This document shows, one piece after another, positions 47,733 to 50,475 of a stretch of 50,475 nt of DNA (position 1 is the first letter of the stretch; the number at the start of each line of letters is the position of its first letter). The position numbers and the translations under genes are program-made. This DNA is from a bacterium (Candidatus Blackallbacteria) CG13_big_fil_rev_8_21_14_2_50_49_14 (GTDB lineage Bacteria > Cyanobacteriota > Sericytochromatia > UBA7694), in the NCBI GenBank assembly GCA_002783405.1, contig PFGG01000053.1:1-50475 (forward strand), written 5' to 3'. The notes under the pieces were generated by a model. It ran no database searches. It was not told the DNA's origin and saw only the letters and a list, made by a program, of their open reading frames with translations.

Positions 47733-50174
47733 ATGGGTGAATCAAGTAGAGAACGCGATCTGGTTCTGGCGCCAAATGAATATGCCTTTATCTCAGACCA
47801 AACCAAAGGCAATATCAATGTCTATGTGGGGCCCTATAAAACCTCTCTTGCCAATACCGACCAACCGGTGATCTTCAATGCCGATAACAAACGCTTTGAA
47901 AGGGTTTTGCTTGAGCAATCGATAGCGATTTTCGCCACAGCCCCCGAAGGCTGGTATTTGGTCATGAAAAATCCTCCCAAAGACGGCAATCAACCCAAAA
48001 ATGGGACCGTCAGCAACTTAACCGAGCTTGAAATTGGGCACAAGGTCAATACCCCAGGACCGATCTCCTTTGCGCTCTGGCCCGGCCAAATGAGCCGGGT
48101 CATCAAGGGGCATCACCTGCGTTCCAATCAATATTTACTGGTCAGGGTTTACGATGAAGAATCTGCACGTAAACATTGGAACAAAGCCGTGATCAAACCT
48201 CAGTCAGGCAGCGAAGAAGTTCCACTGACAGAACAGGAAATACCCGACTTGACCCTTGGAAATCTGCTCGTCATCAAAGGAACCGAAATCTCATTTTATA
48301 TTCCCCCTACAGGCATGGAGGTGGTAAGGGATAACCAAGGGCATTATGTGCGCGAAGCGGTTACCTTGGAAAGACTTGAGTACTGTATTCTGCTGGACGA
48401 AGATGGAAACAAGCGTTTTATTCAAGGGCCAGACGTGGTTTTCCCGAAACCAACTGAGACCTTTGTCGAGAAGCAGGGCACACGCAAATTCCGTGCCATC
48501 GAGATGAATGAGAACAGTGGCATCTATCTCAAAGTCATTGCCCCCTATGAAGAAAATGGCAAAAGCCATAAGGTCGGTGATGAAATCTTTGTCACCGGCA
48601 AAGAGCAGATGATTTATTTTCCCAGACCCGAACATGCGATTATCAAATACGGGGAACAGGAAATCCACTATGCCGTCGCCTTGCCTGCCGGTGAGGGTCG
48701 TTATGTCTTGGATCGCGCCAATGGCCAGGTCTTTCTTCAAAAAGGCCCCAGTATGTTTCTCCCGGATCCGCGTCACCAAGTAATTGTGCGTCGGGTTTTG
48801 GAACCCAATCAGGTTCAACTCTGGTTCCCTGGCAATCAAGAAGCTTTGGAATACAATCTACATCTCAAGGAAATGCTGCGTCAGGAGCGGGGAGAATACG
48901 CAACTGAGGCCCAGGTCATGCAACTCAAAGCTGAGAAAAGAACATTGCCGGCTCCTGCTCCAGCTCTTGCCGCAGAAGGATTTGCAGGGGATGATTTTTC
49001 ACGCAAAACCAAGTATACGCCCCCGCGAACAATTACCCTGGATACCAAATATGATGGAGCCGTGGCCATCGCCATTTGGACAGGCTATGCCGTACTGGTG
49101 GTGAGCAAAACGGGTGAGCGCAAAGTGATTGTTGGGCCCGCTACACATTTATTGGAATACGATGAATTTCTTGAACCCATGACTCTCTCAACAGGCACCC
49201 CCAAAACAGATTTAAAACCCCTTAAAACTGTCTATTTACGGGTCTTGCACAATAAAGTTTCGGATCAGGTCAGAGTGGAAACCTCGGATTTCTGTGAAGT
49301 GACCCTTGATCTCTCTTACCGCGTGAATTTCGAAGGCAATCCTGCGCTGTGGTTCAATGTAGAAAACTATGTCAAGTTTTTAACTGAACATCTGCGTTCG
49401 GTTTTGCGCAATGCGATCAAGCAATTGGGAATCGAGGCTTTTTACGCAGACTCCATTCGCCTGATTCGCGATACGATTCTGGGCCTGCCTGAAGAAGGCA
49501 AACGTCCCGGAAGGCATTTCGAAGAAAATGGCATGCAAATCTACGATGTTGAGGTTCTCAATGTGCGCATCACCGATGCCGAAATCGAGAAAATGTTGAT
49601 CAATGCCCAGCGCAAAGTGGTTGAACAGACGCTCGCACTTTCTTCTGAGCGCCGCAAACTCGAATTTGTAAGAGAAAATGAAGAAATTAAACGCCAGATC
49701 TCACGCTCACAGGCCGAAACACGCAAAGAAGAATTGCGGCTTCAAATTGAAGAACTGAGTACTGAACTGGAACTGAAACTGGCACGCCTGAGCAGCGAAA
49801 TTGAAACCGAACAAGCCAAACTTGAGGCCAAAATGGCCTCTCAGACCACACTGGGTAAAATAAACGCGGCAGAATTGGAACGTCAAAAAGCCAGCGCAGA
49901 ATTGGAGCTCGAAACTGCACGCCTGAGAATGGAACAAAGAATTTCCAATCTGCGTGCAGAAGTAGAAGCCATGGTTGCCAAAGCAGAAGCCATTTCACCC
50001 GATCTGATTGCCGCCCTACAAGCCTTTGGAGACAAGGCATTGGCAGAGCGCATGGCAGAATCCATGGCGCCTCTGGCTATTTTAGGTGGGCGCAGTGTAG
50101 CAGAAGTTCTCTCAGGGCTTCTGAAAGGCACCAAATTGGAAAATGTATTGCTCAAACAACCCCCAATGAATTAA
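47733..50174 (+). CDS. Bacterial homolog of the eukaryotic major vault protein (N-terminal MVP repeats, SPFH-like shoulder domain, long cap-helix coiled coil)
   Basis: The N-terminus LVLAPNEYAFISDQTKGNINVYVGPYKTSLANTDQPVIF parallels the MVP N-terminus (IPPYHYIHVLDQNSNV.RVEVGPKTY...ERVLF). Internal YCILLDEDGNKRFIQGPDVVFP matches the MVP repeat pattern YCVILDP.G. The shoulder region VRVETSDFCEVTLDLSYRVNFE matches MVP [21 protein letters not shown]. About 150 aa of heptad coiled coil then precede the C-terminal cap region. Confidence 0.88.
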   Translation: MGESSRERDLVLAPNEYAFISDQTKGNINVYVGPYKTSLANTDQPVIFNADNKRFERVLLEQSIAIFATAPEGWYLVMKNPPKDGNQPKNGTVSNLTELEIGHKVNTPGPISFALWPGQMSRVIKGHHLRSNQYLLVRVYDEESARKHWNKAVIKPQSGSEEVPLTEQEIPDLTLGNLLVIKGTEISFYIPPTGMEVVRDNQGHYVREAVTLERLEYCILLDEDGNKRFIQGPDVVFPKPTETFVEKQGTRKFRAIEMNENSGIYLKVIAPYEENGKSHKVGDEIFVTGKEQMIYFPRPEHAIIKYGEQEIHYAVALPAGEGRYVLDRANGQVFLQKGPSMFLPDPRHQVIVRRVLEPNQVQLWFPGNQEALEYNLHLKEMLRQERGEYATEAQVMQLKAEKRTLPAPAPALAAEGFAGDDFSRKTKYTPPRTITLDTKYDGAVAIAIWTGYAVLVVSKTGERKVIVGPATHLLEYDEFLEPMTLSTGTPKTDLKPLKTVYLRVLHNKVSDQVRVETSDFCEVTLDLSYRVNFEGNPALWFNVENYVKFLTEHLRSVLRNAIKQLGIEAFYADSIRLIRDTILGLPEEGKRPGRHFEENGMQIYDVEVLNVRITDAEIEKMLINAQRKVVEQTLALSSERRKLEFVRENEEIKRQISRSQAETRKEELRLQIEELSTELELKLARLSSEIETEQAKLEAKMASQTTLGKINAAELERQKASAELELETARLRMEQRISNLRAEVEAMVAKAEAISPDLIAALQAFGDKALAERMAESMAPLAILGGRSVAEVLSGLLKGTKLENVLLKQPPMN

Positions 50175-50188
50175 AGCTTAAAACCCAG

Positions 50189-50220
50189 AGAGAAGTCAGG
50201 CCTTTCAACCTGACTTCTCT
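50189..50220 (+). terminator. 12-bp perfect stem-loop after the vault-protein homolog gene. A probable transcription terminator, but it lacks a clear U-tract
   Basis: AGAGAAGTCAGG - 8-nt loop - CCTGACTTCTCT, 15 nt after the stop codon. Confidence 0.45.
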
Positions 50221-50475
50221 TCAGTTGAAAGCGCACTTTATTCACTGACAATAAGCAATACTTTCATTTGAAATAGATCGGAGGACAATGAACTACATCC
50301 CTCCAACCCGCATGGGTATGGAGGGAGTTTCGTGCTTCACAGAGAAAAGTTTCTCTCCACACAGGGCCGGTTCCCGACCCTTCATACTCTCTAATGCCCA
50401 GTTTAAGATCACACGTGCAGCATTCTGATCGCGACTCAAGGTTAAGCCACATGGACATGCGTGTTGCCTTTCGGA

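Noticed and set aside
50264-50458. 64-aa minus-strand ORF
   Set aside because: It has Cys/Trp-rich odd composition and no RBS. It is likely a non-coding structured region.
1-50475. CRISPR arrays, tRNA and rRNA genes
   Set aside because: There are no regularly spaced direct repeats, and no tRNA-like cloverleaf or T-arm consensus was found in the intergenic regions inspected.

Overview
This 50.5-kb window is bacterial, most likely chromosomal, with about 55% GC and two AT-rich islands at roughly 410-3350 and 42970-45250. The gene content is that of a Gram-negative organism: RND efflux with an outer-membrane factor, lipoproteins, and a BamB-like propeller. The DUF4388 regulators, the cyclase-STAND protein and the ankyrin protein are compatible with a deltaproteobacterium- or Bdellovibrionota-like lineage, but that is a guess. 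No rRNA, tRNA or CRISPR was found.

Layout, left to right:
- A 3' fragment of an ISAs1-family transposase sits at the window start and abuts an AT-rich island encoding two large lipoproteins of unknown function.
- A copper/heavy-metal resistance cluster follows: copA (P-type ATPase) diverges from a copZ-like metallochaperone gene across a perfect palindromic operator. On the minus strand lies a four-gene efflux operon (Met-motif periplasmic protein, membrane fusion protein, HME-RND pump, TolC-like outer-membrane factor), a PQ-rich secreted protein, and a CusS-like sensor kinase.
- The matching OmpR-family response regulator lies about 8.5 kb away. In between is an operon encoding a PQQ-propeller lipoprotein and a 2098-aa protein of unknown function.
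- Next come a 212-aa gene with sharply atypical codon usage and a 1308-aa double-cyclase/AAA/TPR signalling protein.
- rpsD and two small genes follow, then a REC-DUF4388-REC-DUF4388 regulator whose 3' end is a tandem repeat.
- After these come a beta-lactamase-fold hydrolase, a thermonuclease plus MthK-like K+ channel operon, a YceI protein and membrane proteins.
- Then a UvrD/PcrA helicase preceded by an orphan intrinsic terminator, and a protein of six tandem ~38-aa repeats.
- A second AT-rich island encodes a polytopic membrane protein.

The most striking item is near the end of the window: a clear bacterial homolog of the eukaryotic major vault protein. It has a near-consensus promoter, follows a small acidic protein gene, and is divergently flanked by an ankyrin-repeat protein and lipoprotein operon.
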